Assembly (NCBI GenBank): GCA_910587285.1
Contig: CAJULM010000014.1
Span: 2,053-66,052, forward strand
Length of the DNA stretch: 64,000 nt
DNA from: an uncultured Oscillospiraceae bacterium
Lineage (GTDB): Bacteria > Bacillota > Clostridia > Oscillospirales > Oscillospiraceae
Direction of reading: 5' to 3'
In this document: one piece after another, positions 26,338 through 36,379 of the stretch
How positions within the stretch are numbered: the stretch's first letter is position 1
Layout of the letters: the number at the start of each line of letters is the position of its first letter
Program-made: the position numbers and the translations under genes
The notes under the pieces: generated by a model
What the model was told of the DNA's origin: nothing
What the model saw: the letters and a program-made list of their open reading frames with translations, nothing else
The model's database searches: none

Positions 26338-28692
26338 TTATACTTCGATCTGCTCCATCACGAAGGCCTCGATGATATCTCCCTCCTTGATGTCGCTGTA
26401 CTTCTCAATCCCGATGCCGCACTCGTAGCCGCGGGCGACCTCCTTCACGCTGTCCTTGAAGCGCTGGAGGGAGTTCATCACGCCCTCGTGAATCACGATG
26501 CCGTCCCGCACCAGGCGAATTTGGGCGTTCCGGGCCACCTTTCCTTCGGTAACATAGCACCCGGCCACGAAGCCAACGCCGGTAATCTTGTACACTTGGC
26601 GCACCTCGGCCTCGCCCAGGGCTACCTCCTTGAACTTGGGGGCCAGCATACCCTTCATGGCGGACTCAATCTCGTTGATGCAGTCGTAGATAACCCGGTA
26701 CATCCGCATATCCACCTTGTTGCGCCCGGCGGAATCGGCGGCGTTTTTGTCCGGGCGGACGTTGAAGCCCACAATGATGGCGTTGGAGGTGGTGGCCAGC
26801 ATCACATCGGACTCGTTCACCGCGCCCACGGCGCAGTGGATGACCCGGACGCGAACCTCCTCGTTGGAGATCTTCTCCAGGCTGGCCTTCACCGCCTCGG
26901 CGCTGCCCTGCACGTCCGCCTTGACAATGACGTTCAGGTCCTTCATCTCGCCCGCCTGAATCTGGCTGAACAGCTCCTCCAGGGACACCTTCTGCTTGGC
27001 CGCGCCGGTGGTGGCGTTCTTCATCTCGCTCTTGCGCTGCTCCACCAGCTCCCGGGCCATGCGCTCGTCGGCCACGGCGTGGAAATCGTCGCCCGCACCG
27101 GGCACCTCGCCCATGCCGATGATCTCCACCGGCACGGAGGGCCCAGCCTCTGCGACCTTGTTCCCCCGGTAGTCCGTCATGGCGCGCACGCGGCCCACCG
27201 CCATCCCGGCGATGATCACGTCGCCCTGCTTCAAAGTGCCGTTCTGCACCAGCAGGGTGGCCACGGGGCCGCGGCCCTTGTCCAGCCGGGCCTCGATGAC
27301 CGCGCCATGGGCGGTGCGGTTGGGGTTGGCCTTCAGCTCCCGCATCTCGGCGGTGAGGGTGACCATCTCCAGCAGGTTGTCGATGCCCAGCCCCGTCTTG
27401 GCGGAGATGGGGCAGATGATGGTCTCGCCGCCCCACTCCTCAGGCACCAGCTCATACTCGGTGAGCTGCTGCTTGATCCGCTCTGGGTTGGCCTCGGGCT
27501 TATCCATTTTGTTGATGGCTACGATGATGGGAATCTCTGCGGCCTTGGCGTGGTTGATGGACTCCACCGTCTGGGGCATAATGCCGTCGTCGGCGGCCAC
27601 CACCAGGATTGCCACGTCGGTAATCATGGCGCCCCGGGCACGCATGGCGGTGAACGCCTCGTGGCCCGGCGTGTCCAGGAAGGTGATGGGCTTGCCGTTC
27701 ACCTCCACCTGGTAGGCGCCGATGTGCTGGGTGATGCCGCCCGCCTCGCCGGACACCACGTTGGCGTTTCGAATGTGGTCCAGCAGAGAGGTCTTGCCGT
27801 GGTCCACGTGGCCCATCACCACCACCACGGGGGCTCGGTACTCCAGGTCCTCCTCCTTGTCCTCGGCGGTGTCGATCAGGCGCTCCTCAATGGTGACAAT
27901 GACCTCCTTCTCCACCTTGCACCCCAGCTCCATGGCCACCAGCGCGGCGGTGTCATAGTCAATCACATCGCTGAGGGAGGCCATCACCCCGTTGCGGATG
28001 AGGCACTTGACCACCTCCGCCCCGGTCTTTTTCATCCGGGAGGCCAACTCGCCCACGCCGATCTCGTCGGGAATCTTTACGGTGAGCGGTGTCTTCTTGG
28101 CAATCTCCAGCTGGAGGCGGCGCATCCGGTCCTGCTCCTCCTGCTTGCGCTTGTTTCCAAAGCTCTGGCCCCGGTTCTTGCTGCCCCGGTTCTGGAACTT
28201 CTGCTTGCCGGTCTGCATCCGGTTGGCCTTGTCGGGTGCCAGGTCCTCCAGGCGCTGGTCGTATTTCTCCAGGTTGACGCCGCCGCCCTTGCGGGTGTCC
28301 ACCACCTTTTTCTCGGGAGTTCGGCTGGCGGGCTTGGCCGGGGCAGACTTGGGCTGCTCCTTCTGGGGCGCTGGGGCCGCCTTGTCCTGGCCCTGGGACT
28401 GAGGCGCAGGAGCGCTCTCCTTCCCCGCCGCCGGCTTGGCCTCCGGCTCGCCCTTGGCGGGCGCGGCGGCTTTGGCGGGCTCGTGGTATACGTCGGCATA
28501 GATGGATTCGATGGAATCCACCTGATTGTTCTGGGTCAAATGCTCAAATACGATGGACAGCTCCCGGTCGGTCAACACCTTGGTGGGGGACGCCGCCTCC
28601 TTCGTATGCTCGGTCAGGATCGCAGTAATGGCTTTGGCTTGCATTCCAAAGTCCTTGGCCACGTCCCGGGCGTTCAGTTTCGCAAGGCTCAA
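26338..28692 (-). CDS. infB: Translation initiation factor IF-2
   Basis: [24 protein letters not shown] start after AGGAGG. Confidence 0.97.
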   Translation of the reverse strand: MSLAKLNARDVAKDFGMQAKAITAILTEHTKEAASPTKVLTDRELSIVFEHLTQNNQVDSIESIYADVYHEPAKAAAPAKGEPEAKPAAGKESAPAPQSQGQDKAAPAPQKEQPKSAPAKPASRTPEKKVVDTRKGGGVNLEKYDQRLEDLAPDKANRMQTGKQKFQNRGSKNRGQSFGNKRKQEEQDRMRRLQLEIAKKTPLTVKIPDEIGVGELASRMKKTGAEVVKCLIRNGVMASLSDVIDYDTAALVAMELGCKVEKEVIVTIEERLIDTAEDKEEDLEYRAPVVVVMGHVDHGKTSLLDHIRNANVVSGEAGGITQHIGAYQVEVNGKPITFLDTPGHEAFTAMRARGAMITDVAILVVAADDGIMPQTVESINHAKAAEIPIIVAINKMDKPEANPERIKQQLTEYELVPEEWGGETIICPISAKTGLGIDNLLEMVTLTAEMRELKANPNRTAHGAVIEARLDKGRGPVATLLVQNGTLKQGDVIIAGMAVGRVRAMTDYRGNKVAEAGPSVPVEIIGMGEVPGAGDDFHAVADERMARELVEQRKSEMKNATTGAAKQKVSLEELFSQIQAGEMKDLNVIVKADVQGSAEAVKASLEKISNEEVRVRVIHCAVGAVNESDVMLATTSNAIIVGFNVRPDKNAADSAGRNKVDMRMYRVIYDCINEIESAMKGMLAPKFKEVALGEAEVRQVYKITGVGFVAGCYVTEGKVARNAQIRLVRDGIVIHEGVMNSLQRFKDSVKEVARGYECGIGIEKYSDIKEGDIIEAFVMEQIEV

Positions 28693-28704
28693 ACAGGCCA
28701 CCTC

Positions 28705-29094
28705 CTAAAATTCACATGGAGCGGGCTTTTGAGCCCGCGGCTTCTTCTTCTCTTCCAGCTTGGACGCGACGGCCCGCAGGCCCTCGTCCCTCTGCGCCAG
28801 ACGGCCGGCCAGCGCAGCGGCCAGCCCCCGGTCGGTGAGGGCGGCCATGGCGCAGCTTCCGCGCCCTAAAGCGGACCCCAGCGCCCCCTTGTCCCAAGGG
28901 ACACGGACCCAGGGCGCGCCGCCCGCCTCCGCCCAGCGCATGGCGCGGTCCACACTGTTCTGGGCCGCGTCGGCGGCGGACAGCACCAGCCACGCCCGCC
29001 GGGTTTTGCAGGCTTCCTCCACCGGGGCTTCGCCCACGGCCAGGTTATTCCCCCGCAGGGCCAGGCCCAGCAGGGTCAGGGCACTGTCAGTCAC
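28705..29094 (-). CDS. L7Ae-family RNA-binding protein (YlxQ-like)
   Basis: LLGLALRG..LAVGE, LGSALGR; canonical position. Confidence 0.8.
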   Translation of the reverse strand: MTDSALTLLGLALRGNNLAVGEAPVEEACKTRRAWLVLSAADAAQNSVDRAMRWAEAGGAPWVRVPWDKGALGSALGRGSCAMAALTDRGLAAALAGRLAQRDEGLRAVASKLEEKKKPRAQKPAPCEF

Positions 29095-29362
29095 CGCCGT
29101 CACCCGCCTTCATCTGCGCCTCCAGCCCCTCCCAAACCTCCGGGGGCATGGGCGCGGACAGGGCCCGCTCGATGGCCCGGCTTTTCTTTGCCCGGGCCAG
29201 ACAAGCGGGGTTGGGGCACAGGTAGGCTCCTCGGCCCGGCTTTTTCCCCCGGAAGTCCAGCGACAGCTCTCCTTCAGGGGAGCGCACCACCCGGATCAGC
29301 TCCGGCTTGGGCTTCATCTCCCGGCAGCCAAGGCATTGGCGCATGGGTATTTTTTTTGGCAC
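29087..29362 (-). CDS. ylxR: YlxR/RnpM family RNA-binding protein
   Basis: KKIPMRQCLGC, ELIRVVR, GKKPGRGAYLC. Confidence 0.92.
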   Translation of the reverse strand: MPKKIPMRQCLGCREMKPKPELIRVVRSPEGELSLDFRGKKPGRGAYLCPNPACLARAKKSRAIERALSAPMPPEVWEGLEAQMKAGDGGD

Positions 29363-29388
29363 GGTGCTCTCCCCTTTCGTCTTGGTGC

Positions 29389-29412
29389 GTAGGGGCACAT
29401 ATTGTGCGCCCG
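29389..29412 (+). repeat. GTAG-type REP-like hairpin
   Basis: GTAG-GGGCACATATTGTGCGCCCG. Confidence 0.45.
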
Positions 29413-29453
29413 CATATTCCGGACAGCGGAGGTTTGGACGGACGATGTGCGAG

Positions 29454-30605
29454 TTATTCCTCCGCCGCCGCAGCCTCGTCCCCGTCCGTTTCCAGGTCCT
29501 CCCCCTCCGGGGGCTCGGGGGCGCTGGCGGGGCGGATATCGATTTTATATCCCGTGAGCCGGGCGGCCAGCCGGGCGTTCTGCCCCTCCTTGCCGATGGC
29601 CAGGGAGAGCTGGTCGTCGGGCACCACCACCCGGCAGCTCTTGCCCTCCTCCAGCTCCACCACGCTGAGCACATCGGCGGGGGCCAGCGCGGCGGCCACA
29701 TACTGTCCGGGGTCCTCGGACCACTTGATGATGTCCACCTTTTCTCCCCGCAGCTCCTCCACCACGGCGTTCACCCGCGCCCCTCTGGGGCCCACGCAGG
29801 CGCCGATGGGATCCACATTCTCATCCGTGCTCCACACGGCCAGCTTGGTCCGGCTGCCCGCCTCCCGGGCGATGGACTTGACCTCCACCGTGCCGTCATG
29901 AATCTCCGGCACCTCCAGCTCAAACAGCCGCTTGACCAGCCCCGGATGGGTGCGGGAGATGAGCACCTGGGGCCCGCGGTTTGCCTGGCGGACCTCCACC
30001 ACGTATACCCGAACCCGGTCGCCCTCACGGACCTCCTCGCCCTTGACCTGCTCCCCGGCGGACAAAAACGCGTCGGTAAACTCGGAGCCGGAGGTGAGGC
30101 GGATAGATACCGAGCCGTTGCGCTCATCCACCCGGGTGACGGTGCCGGTGAGAATCTCGTGCTCCTTGGCCGAGAACTCGTCGAAAATCATGCCCCGCTC
30201 CGCCTCGCGCATCCCCTGGATGATAACCTGACGGGCGGCCTGAGCGGCGATGCGGCCGAAGTTTTTGGGCTTGATCTCAATGCGCAGCACATCCCCCAGC
30301 TGCGCCCGGGGCAGGGCCTTCTGCGCGTCCTCCAGGCTGATCTCAGTGTGGGGATTGTCCACCACCTCCACCACGTCCTTTTTGACGAACATCCGAACCT
30401 CGCCCTTTTCCTCGTTGGCGTCCACCACCACGTTGTCCGTAATACCCTCGTGGTCCCGCTTATAGGCGGTGACCAAGGCCTGGGTGATCTTCCCCATCAT
30501 ATATTCCTTGGGAATTCCCTTTTCCTTTTCAATGTCGGAGATGGCGGTGAAAAATTCCTTGGCGTCCAGCTCCATATTTTTTGCTGCGATCTTTTTCTTG
30601 GCCAT
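29454..30605 (-). CDS. nusA: Transcription factor NusA
   Basis: FGRIAAQAARQ, IAREAGSRTK, AIGKEGQNARLA. Confidence 0.97.
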   Translation of the reverse strand: MAKKKIAAKNMELDAKEFFTAISDIEKEKGIPKEYMMGKITQALVTAYKRDHEGITDNVVVDANEEKGEVRMFVKKDVVEVVDNPHTEISLEDAQKALPRAQLGDVLRIEIKPKNFGRIAAQAARQVIIQGMREAERGMIFDEFSAKEHEILTGTVTRVDERNGSVSIRLTSGSEFTDAFLSAGEQVKGEEVREGDRVRVYVVEVRQANRGPQVLISRTHPGLVKRLFELEVPEIHDGTVEVKSIAREAGSRTKLAVWSTDENVDPIGACVGPRGARVNAVVEELRGEKVDIIKWSEDPGQYVAAALAPADVLSVVELEEGKSCRVVVPDDQLSLAIGKEGQNARLAARLTGYKIDIRPASAPEPPEGEDLETDGDEAAAAEE

Positions 30606-30618
30606 GTCGATCTACTCC

Positions 30619-31062
30619 TTAAAACTCGACGTGCAGCCGCACCTGGGCCACGTCTTTCTTGTCAAAGCGCACACCGTCCACACTGACGGCCCCGTCCTCA
30701 TATCCGGTGAGGGCCCCGGTAACCTCCTTGCACCCGTCCACAGGCCGGTAGAGCTTCACGTCCACCTTCCGGCCCATGCACTGCGCAAAGTGGTCGGGCC
30801 TGCGCAGGGGCCGGTCCAGGCCGGCGGAGGACACCTCGAAGGTGTAGCTGCCCTGAATAGGGTCGGCCTCGTCCAGCGCGTCGGACAGGGGGCGGGACAC
30901 CGCCTCGCAGCAGTCCAGGTCCACGCCGCCCTCCCGGTCAATGTACACCCGGAGGAACCACTCCCCGGCCTCCCTCACGTATTCCACGTCCCATACCTGG
31001 CAGCCCGCCTGCTCCGCGATGGGGCGGGCCAGCGCAGCCACTACGTCGCTCACCTTTGCCAT
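30619..31062 (-). CDS. rimP: Ribosome maturation factor RimP
   Basis: LRVYID, EVSSAGLDRPL. Confidence 0.95.
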   Translation of the reverse strand: MAKVSDVVAALARPIAEQAGCQVWDVEYVREAGEWFLRVYIDREGGVDLDCCEAVSRPLSDALDEADPIQGSYTFEVSSAGLDRPLRRPDHFAQCMGRKVDVKLYRPVDGCKEVTGALTGYEDGAVSVDGVRFDKKDVAQVRLHVEF

Positions 31063-31127
31063 TGGGCGTCAACTCCTTTGTTGTTATGCTATACCTGCTC
31101 GCGGCGGCTCCGCGCTTCTTCTCAAAA

Positions 31128-31158
31128 GAAAGAGTGAGGCGGTGCGCCTCACTCCTTT
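31128..31158 (-). promoter_or_regulatory. rimP leader hairpin (attenuator)
   Basis: Minus strand GAGTGAGGCG-cac-CGCCTCACTC then TTTCTTTT, between promoter and rimP. Confidence 0.7.
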
Positions 31159-31179
31159 CTTACCATAAATACCTTTAGA

Positions 31180-31208
31180 ATTTTACCACGCTCTGCCGCA
31201 GATTGCAA
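31180..31208 (-). promoter_or_regulatory. SigmaA promoter of the rimP-nusA operon
   Basis: Minus strand TTGCAA-N17-TAAAAT with extended TG. Confidence 0.7.
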
Positions 31209-31268
31209 CCCCCTAACGCGAAATTTTTCCACCCGCGTCCCAGCTGGAGCTGCGCGGACGGCGCATCC

Positions 31269-31709
31269 TCACTGGTCGAGGCCCGGATGCTTCTTCACAT
31301 TCATGCGAAACAGGTTGTGTCCCGCAATCAGGTTGTCAATCTCAATGGCGTAGTCAATCTCCAGATCGCCCCCCGTCTCTCCCAGCGTGGAGCGCATCCG
31401 CTTGGTGTTGATGCCGATGGACAGTGCGCCGTAGGGTGTCTCATACATGGACAAATGCCGCCTGCCCTCCTCGAAGACCATCTGGGAGTTGATGCTCCCC
31501 TCCCGCAGCAGCGTCACCCTGCCGCCGTCGATGTGCAGCTTGGTGGTGGTCCCCTCCAGGCCGGTGAGCTCCGTCTCCTGGTAGGACACGGTACAGCCCC
31601 CCCGCCCGTCCCACTTCAGGGTGCCGGCGGTGACAAGCTCCATCTCCTCGGGGCTGCTCTCCGCGTATAGCTGCTTGCCTTTAATGGATATAATCACATT
31701 GTCTGTCAT
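31269..31709 (-). CDS. DUF1934 family protein
   Basis: SYQETELTGLEGTTT, YETPYG. Confidence 0.8.
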   Translation of the reverse strand: MTDNVIISIKGKQLYAESSPEEMELVTAGTLKWDGRGGCTVSYQETELTGLEGTTTKLHIDGGRVTLLREGSINSQMVFEEGRRHLSMYETPYGALSIGINTKRMRSTLGETGGDLEIDYAIEIDNLIAGHNLFRMNVKKHPGLDQ

Positions 31710-31734
31710 GGTTTTCCTCGCTTCATGTGCCTAC

Positions 31735-32550
31735 TCAATAGGCGGTGATGTCAACCTGCTCCACCTCTCCCGTCACGTCCTCTCTCAAAAAGATGGAGGC
31801 CAGGGAGGCAAAGTCCTCCGTGCTGTCGCTGACAAAGTAGCGGTGGCGCCCCGCGCCGGGCCGCTCGTTGCGCAGCCCGTCCAGCTCCAGCTGCCGCTTC
31901 ACCCACCGGGCGCACTGCTCCCCCACGTCCACCAGGGCCACATCCGGCCCCATGTACTCTCCTATAATGGACTTCATCAGCGGATAGTGGGTGCAGCCTA
32001 GAATGAGGGTGTCCACGCCCGCCGCCTTCACAGGAGCTAAGTACTCCGCCGCCACCGTCTCCGCCACGCTGTCGCCGGGGCGGAAGCGGCCGTTCTCCAC
32101 CAGGGGGACCAGCAGGGGGCAGGCCCGCGCGGTAACATCCACATCCGGTCTCAGGCTGCTCAGCGCCCGCTCATAGGCCCCCGAGCGAATGGACGCCTGG
32201 GTGCCGATGAGGCCCACCCGGCCGTTCTTCGTCACATGGGCGGCAGCGCTGGCGGCACTCTCCACCACACCGAACACGGGGATGGGGTTCTCCTCCCGCA
32301 GCACATCCAGCGCCGTGGTGGACACGGTGCCGCAGGCAATGACCACCGCCTTGGGGCGAAAGGTGCGCAGGAAGGACATATCCTGCTGGGCATATTTAAT
32401 GATGACCTCTCGAGAGCGGCTGCCGTAGGGCACCCGCCCGGTGTCGCCAAAGTAGACCAAGTCCTCCTCCGGCATGATTCGGGCCAGCTCCCGCAGGGCG
32501 GTAAGCCCGCCCAAGCCGGAGTCAAACACGCCGATGGGCCGTGTATCCAT
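31735..32550 (-). CDS. murI: Glutamate racemase
   Basis: VFDSGLGGL, PYGSR, ACGT, LGCTHYP. Confidence 0.96.
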   Translation of the reverse strand: MDTRPIGVFDSGLGGLTALRELARIMPEEDLVYFGDTGRVPYGSRSREVIIKYAQQDMSFLRTFRPKAVVIACGTVSTTALDVLREENPIPVFGVVESAASAAAHVTKNGRVGLIGTQASIRSGAYERALSSLRPDVDVTARACPLLVPLVENGRFRPGDSVAETVAAEYLAPVKAAGVDTLILGCTHYPLMKSIIGEYMGPDVALVDVGEQCARWVKRQLELDGLRNERPGAGRHRYFVSDSTEDFASLASIFLREDVTGEVEQVDITAY

Positions 32551-32859
32551 TTTGGAGTCCTCCCTTCCAGGGCGATGGTGTCACGCTGCGCCTGTTCGCA
32601 ACGCGCGGCTTCGCGCTTCCCGATCACGCTGCGAAGCGGCCAGGACGCTCGGCTGCTTTCCCTCCGTCTCGGCCTGGTCTGCGGGGCGCACAGCGCCCTG
32701 CAGCTCGGCCTCGCTTCGGTCCAAGCACCCTCGCTGTCCGCTTCTCCACGCTTCCTAATTAAAGCTCTGAGTATTATATGCTATTCCTTCTATAAAAACA
32801 AGAGTGGATTTTCAAACTCGCCGTAACATAATTGTAATGTGGCAAAACGCGATTTTCCC

Positions 32860-32888
32860 TTGCATTCGGGCGGACAGCGTGGTATGCT
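32860..32888 (+). promoter_or_regulatory. SigmaA promoter of smpB
   Basis: TTGCAT-N17-TATGCT with extended TG. Confidence 0.65.
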
Positions 32889-32917
32889 GTACTATCACAG
32901 GAAGGGAGGCGGCGCAC

Positions 32918-33379
32918 ATGGGAAAACAATCGGTGAAGCAGGTCGCCTCCAACCGCAAGGCGTTCCACGACTATTTCATCGAGGACAAGTACGAGGCGGG
33001 CATCGAGCTGGCGGGAACGGAGGTCAAGTCCATCCGCCAGGGCGCCGTCAACCTGCGGGACTCCTTCTGCTCAGTGAAGGACGGGGAGATGTTTCTCTAC
33101 GGAATGCACATCTCCCCCTATGAAAAGGGCAACATCTTCAACAAGGACCCCCGGCGCACCCGGAAGCTACTGCTCCACCGCCGGGAAATCCGCAAACTCC
33201 AGGCCAAGGTCCAGCAGGACGGCTACTCCCTGATTCCCCTGTCCCTGTATTTCTCAGGGCCCAGGGTGAAGGTGGAGCTGGCGCTGGCCAAGGGCAAAAA
33301 GCTGTACGACAAGCGGGAGGCCGCCGCCCAGCGGGATGCCAAGCGCGAGATGGACCGGGCCTCACGGGGCCGTTATTGA
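32918..33379 (+). CDS. smpB: SsrA-binding protein
   Basis: [29 protein letters not shown]. Confidence 0.97.
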   Translation: MGKQSVKQVASNRKAFHDYFIEDKYEAGIELAGTEVKSIRQGAVNLRDSFCSVKDGEMFLYGMHISPYEKGNIFNKDPRRTRKLLLHRREIRKLQAKVQQDGYSLIPLSLYFSGPRVKVELALAKGKKLYDKREAAAQRDAKREMDRASRGRY

Positions 33380-33401
33380 ACAGGAGAAAGGGATGGTAAT
33401 C

Positions 33402-33920
33402 ATGAGCAAGCCCATCGTCACCATTGAGATGGAAAGCGGCGGCGTGATGAAGGCGGAGCTGTACCCCGACGTCGCGCCCAACACTGTGAACAACTTCATC
33501 GCCTTGGCCCAGGCGGGCTTTTACGACGGGCTGATCTTCCACCGGGTAATCCCCGGCTTCATGATCCAAGGGGGCGACCCCCAGGGTGTGGGCATGGGCG
33601 GCCCGGGCTACTCCATCAAGGGCGAGTTCGCCCAGAACGGCTTCCAAAACGACCTGGCCCACACCCGGGGCGTGCTGTCCATGGCTCGGGCCATGGACCC
33701 CAACTCCGCCGGCAGTCAGTTCTTCATTATGGTGGACGACGCCCCCCACCTGGACGGCGGCTACGCCGCCTTCGGCAAGGTGATTGAGGGCATGGACACG
33801 GCGGACGCCATCGTCAACGCCAAGCGGGACTACAACGACTGCCCCAAGCAGGATCAGCGGATGAAGAAAGTCACCGTGGACACTCAGGGCGTGGACTATC
33901 CCGCGCCGGAGAAGGTGTAA
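33402..33920 (+). CDS. Cyclophilin-type peptidyl-prolyl isomerase
   Basis: FHRVIPGFMIQGGD, SMAR..DPNSAGSQFF, HLDG. Confidence 0.95.
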   Translation: MSKPIVTIEMESGGVMKAELYPDVAPNTVNNFIALAQAGFYDGLIFHRVIPGFMIQGGDPQGVGMGGPGYSIKGEFAQNGFQNDLAHTRGVLSMARAMDPNSAGSQFFIMVDDAPHLDGGYAAFGKVIEGMDTADAIVNAKRDYNDCPKQDQRMKKVTVDTQGVDYPAPEKV

Positions 33921-33929
33921 CACAGTTTT

Positions 33930-34211
33930 CACTCCGGAAGGCACAGCCTGACGGATGAAAATAAATCAAATTCGCGGCGAAGCCGCTACAAAGCTCTCCC
34001 GTAAAGCCGCCCGCAGGGCGGCCCCAAACCGCAACCCAGCGCAGCTGGTCGCGATTTGGGGCGGAAGGGCAGGGAAACACAGTTGAGCGGACTTTGCCCA
34101 ATGGGGCCCCGCAAAGCCGTCCCTCAGGCTTTGTGGGAAGAGGAGGCGCAAGGGAGCGAACGGAGCTTTCCCCGAGGGGAAAGCGTAGCTGAGCGGACTT
34201 TGCGCCGACGA
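33930..34211. repeat. Hairpin-rich intergenic repeat units before tmRNA
   Basis: Two modules each ending TGAGCGGACTTTGC (34084-34097, 34190-34203), with internal stems. Confidence 0.5.
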
Positions 34212-34558
34212 GGGGGCGTACTGGTTTCGACGGGGGCGCCGAAGCAGGAATAGCGAGCGGATGCGCCTGGCATCCTTAAAACGGGCAACTTATAAATTAA
34301 AGAACAACGATAACGTAGTTCTCGCCGCGGCTTAACGCGGCCGTCCCGCCCGGAAGGACCACGAGCCGGGTCGGGGCGTCATCTTAGTGGTGCCCGTGCG
34401 TGCGGAAAGAGTTGACCGCGCCACGCATCATGACTCTACCAATCTCAGCAGTGTGACGACCCACGGCTGAGCAAGGGAATGTAAAGGATCGTCTGCGCTC
34501 GGAGAGGTTCCTGTGGAAGCACTTTCGGACAGGGGTTCAACTCCCCTCGCCTCCACCA
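34212..34558 (+). ncRNA. ssrA: tmRNA
   Basis: 5' GGGGGCGTACTGGTTTCGAC; 3' GGGGTTCAACTCCCCTCGCCTCCACCA; tag frame NNDNVVLAAA* (34303-34335); near smpB. Confidence 0.96.
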
Positions 34559-34598
34559 CGCCGGAGCAAGCTGCACGCCGCTTGCTCCGGCGTTTTTT
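34558..34598 (+). terminator. Terminator after tmRNA
   Basis: ACGCCGGAGCAAGC...GCTTGCTCCGGCGT then T-run. Confidence 0.8.
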
Positions 34599-34626
34599 AC
34601 AACCACCACTCAGGGGGGACAGCGAT

Positions 34627-36030
34627 ATGCCGCCAGAAAAGATCAACCGAATGTTCGGCAGCCTTCAGGAAGCATACGACCGTCTGCGGGCCATTGTGGA
34701 CAGCTCCTACGACGGTATCTACATCACCGACGGCCGGGCCGACACCCTGTGGGTAAATCCCGCCTATCTGTCCATCAGCGGTCTTCGGGAGGAGGACGTG
34801 GTAGGGCGGAATATGTGGGACCTGGAGCGGGAGGGCGTGGTGAGCCAGTCGGGCACGCTGATCGCCCTCACCCAACGCCGCCCGGTAACTCTGGAGCAGA
34901 CCTTCCGCACCGGCAAACGCGCCCTCATCACCAGCACCCCCAGCTTCGACGACCACGGCAATATCGTCATGGTGGTTACAAACGTACGCGACATGACCGA
35001 CTTCTATGATTTGCAGACCAAATATCACGAGGCCCAGGAGCGTTACCGCACCGAAATCGAAATCGCCCGCCGCCGGGTTCTGGACGGCGCGGAGCTCATC
35101 GCCGCCGACCCCAGCACCTTAGCCGTGCTGCGCCAGGTGGAGAAGGTGGCGGCACTGGACGCGACGGTGCTGCTCACCGGGGAAACCGGCGTGGGCAAGG
35201 AGCAGTTCGCCCGCTTCATCTATAAAAACAGCCCCCGCCGGGAGGGACGGTTCATCACCGTAAACTGCGGAGCCATTCCCCCCACCCTCATGGAAAGCGA
35301 GCTGTTCGGCTATGAAAAGGGGGCGTTTACTGGGGCGGCCCGAAACAAAATGGGCATATTCGAGCTGGCGGACAAGGGCACCATCCTGCTGGACGAGATC
35401 GGGGAGCTACCCCTGGAGATGCAGGTGAAGCTGCTTCGGGTGCTCCAGGAGCGCAGGTTCCAGCGGGTTGGCGGCAGCCAGGACATCCCTGTGGACGTGC
35501 GGGTGATCGCCGCCACCAACCGAGATTTAGACGAGATGGTGCACAACAAAATGTTCCGGGAGGACCTGTTTTACCGGCTCAACGTGGTGCCCATATCCGT
35601 GCCCCCTCTGAGGGAGAGGCGGGGGGATATCATCCCCTTTGCCGACACGTTCTTGCAGGAGCTCAATCAAAAATACGGCTTCAAAAAGCAATTTTCCACC
35701 TCAGCCCTTCAGGCCATGGAGGAATATGCCTGGCCGGGAAACGTGCGGGAATTGAAAAACGTGGTAGAGCGCATGGTCATCCTCAGCCAAGACGATGTGA
35801 TCCGGGCGGCGGAGCTGCCCTTTCACACCCCATGGACACCGGGGGCGCGGGTTCCCCTGGAGGACGAGCCGTTAGACCTGCGGATAGAGACCGCCCGGTT
35901 CGAGTACCACTATATCCAGGCTGCTTACGAAAAGTACGGCAATGTCCGGGCGGCGGCGGCCAGCCTGGGGCTGGACTCCTCCACCTTTGTGCGAAAGCGG
36001 AAAAGGTATCAAGAGCTGTTGCAAAAGTAA
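34627..36030 (+). CDS. PAS-domain sigma54-dependent enhancer-binding protein
   Basis: PAS domain; GETGVGKE, GAFTGA, LLDEIGE, WPGNVREL; C-terminal HTH. Confidence 0.95.
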   Translation: MPPEKINRMFGSLQEAYDRLRAIVDSSYDGIYITDGRADTLWVNPAYLSISGLREEDVVGRNMWDLEREGVVSQSGTLIALTQRRPVTLEQTFRTGKRALITSTPSFDDHGNIVMVVTNVRDMTDFYDLQTKYHEAQERYRTEIEIARRRVLDGAELIAADPSTLAVLRQVEKVAALDATVLLTGETGVGKEQFARFIYKNSPRREGRFITVNCGAIPPTLMESELFGYEKGAFTGAARNKMGIFELADKGTILLDEIGELPLEMQVKLLRVLQERRFQRVGGSQDIPVDVRVIAATNRDLDEMVHNKMFREDLFYRLNVVPISVPPLRERRGDIIPFADTFLQELNQKYGFKKQFSTSALQAMEEYAWPGNVRELKNVVERMVILSQDDVIRAAELPFHTPWTPGARVPLEDEPLDLRIETARFEYHYIQAAYEKYGNVRAAAASLGLDSSTFVRKRKRYQELLQK

Positions 36031-36082
36031 AACGCGGTGCAAAAATGCAACAGCAGGCAAATACGCTGTATTGTGAGAATTT

Positions 36083-36142
36083 GGCGGATATCCATCCAGA
36101 GGCTGCTGCAAAAATGCAGCAGCCTCTGGATGGATATCCGCC
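36083..36142. repeat. Perfect 28-bp inverted repeat centred on a TGCA-N4-TGCA putative enhancer site
   Basis: GGCGGATATCCATCCAGAGGCTGCTGCA-aaaa-TGCAGCAGCCTCTGGATGGATATCCGCC; a second TGCAAAAATGCA at 36038-36049. Confidence 0.9.
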
Positions 36143-36182
36143 TTTTCCCCGAAAAGAGCGGGGATTTCCCCCTCCCCAAAGT

Positions 36183-36197
36183 TGGCACATGGTATGC
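36183..36197 (+). promoter_or_regulatory. Sigma54 (-24/-12) promoter
   Basis: TGGCACATGGTATGC (GG-N10-GC) directly downstream of an enhancer-binding protein gene. Confidence 0.8.
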
Positions 36198-36379
36198 GTG
36201 TTACAATTTACAGAAAAGAATCGGGCGTCACCGCATTCATCCCATCGACAGCGATCTGGGCCATATGGCCGGTATTCTGGAAGCCTTCCGCTTTGATGCC
36301 AGGGTGAAGGATTTCCTGTCCCGGTTGTAAATACATGGCAAATGCCCCCGGCAGAAACCGGGGGCGGAAGGAGAAAAAC

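Noticed and set aside
26269..28869. 866-aa plus-strand ORF and similar long antisense ORFs (1545-2837, 35783-37657, 38561-40117, 50551-52437)
   Set aside because: Shadows of well-supported genes on the opposite strand.
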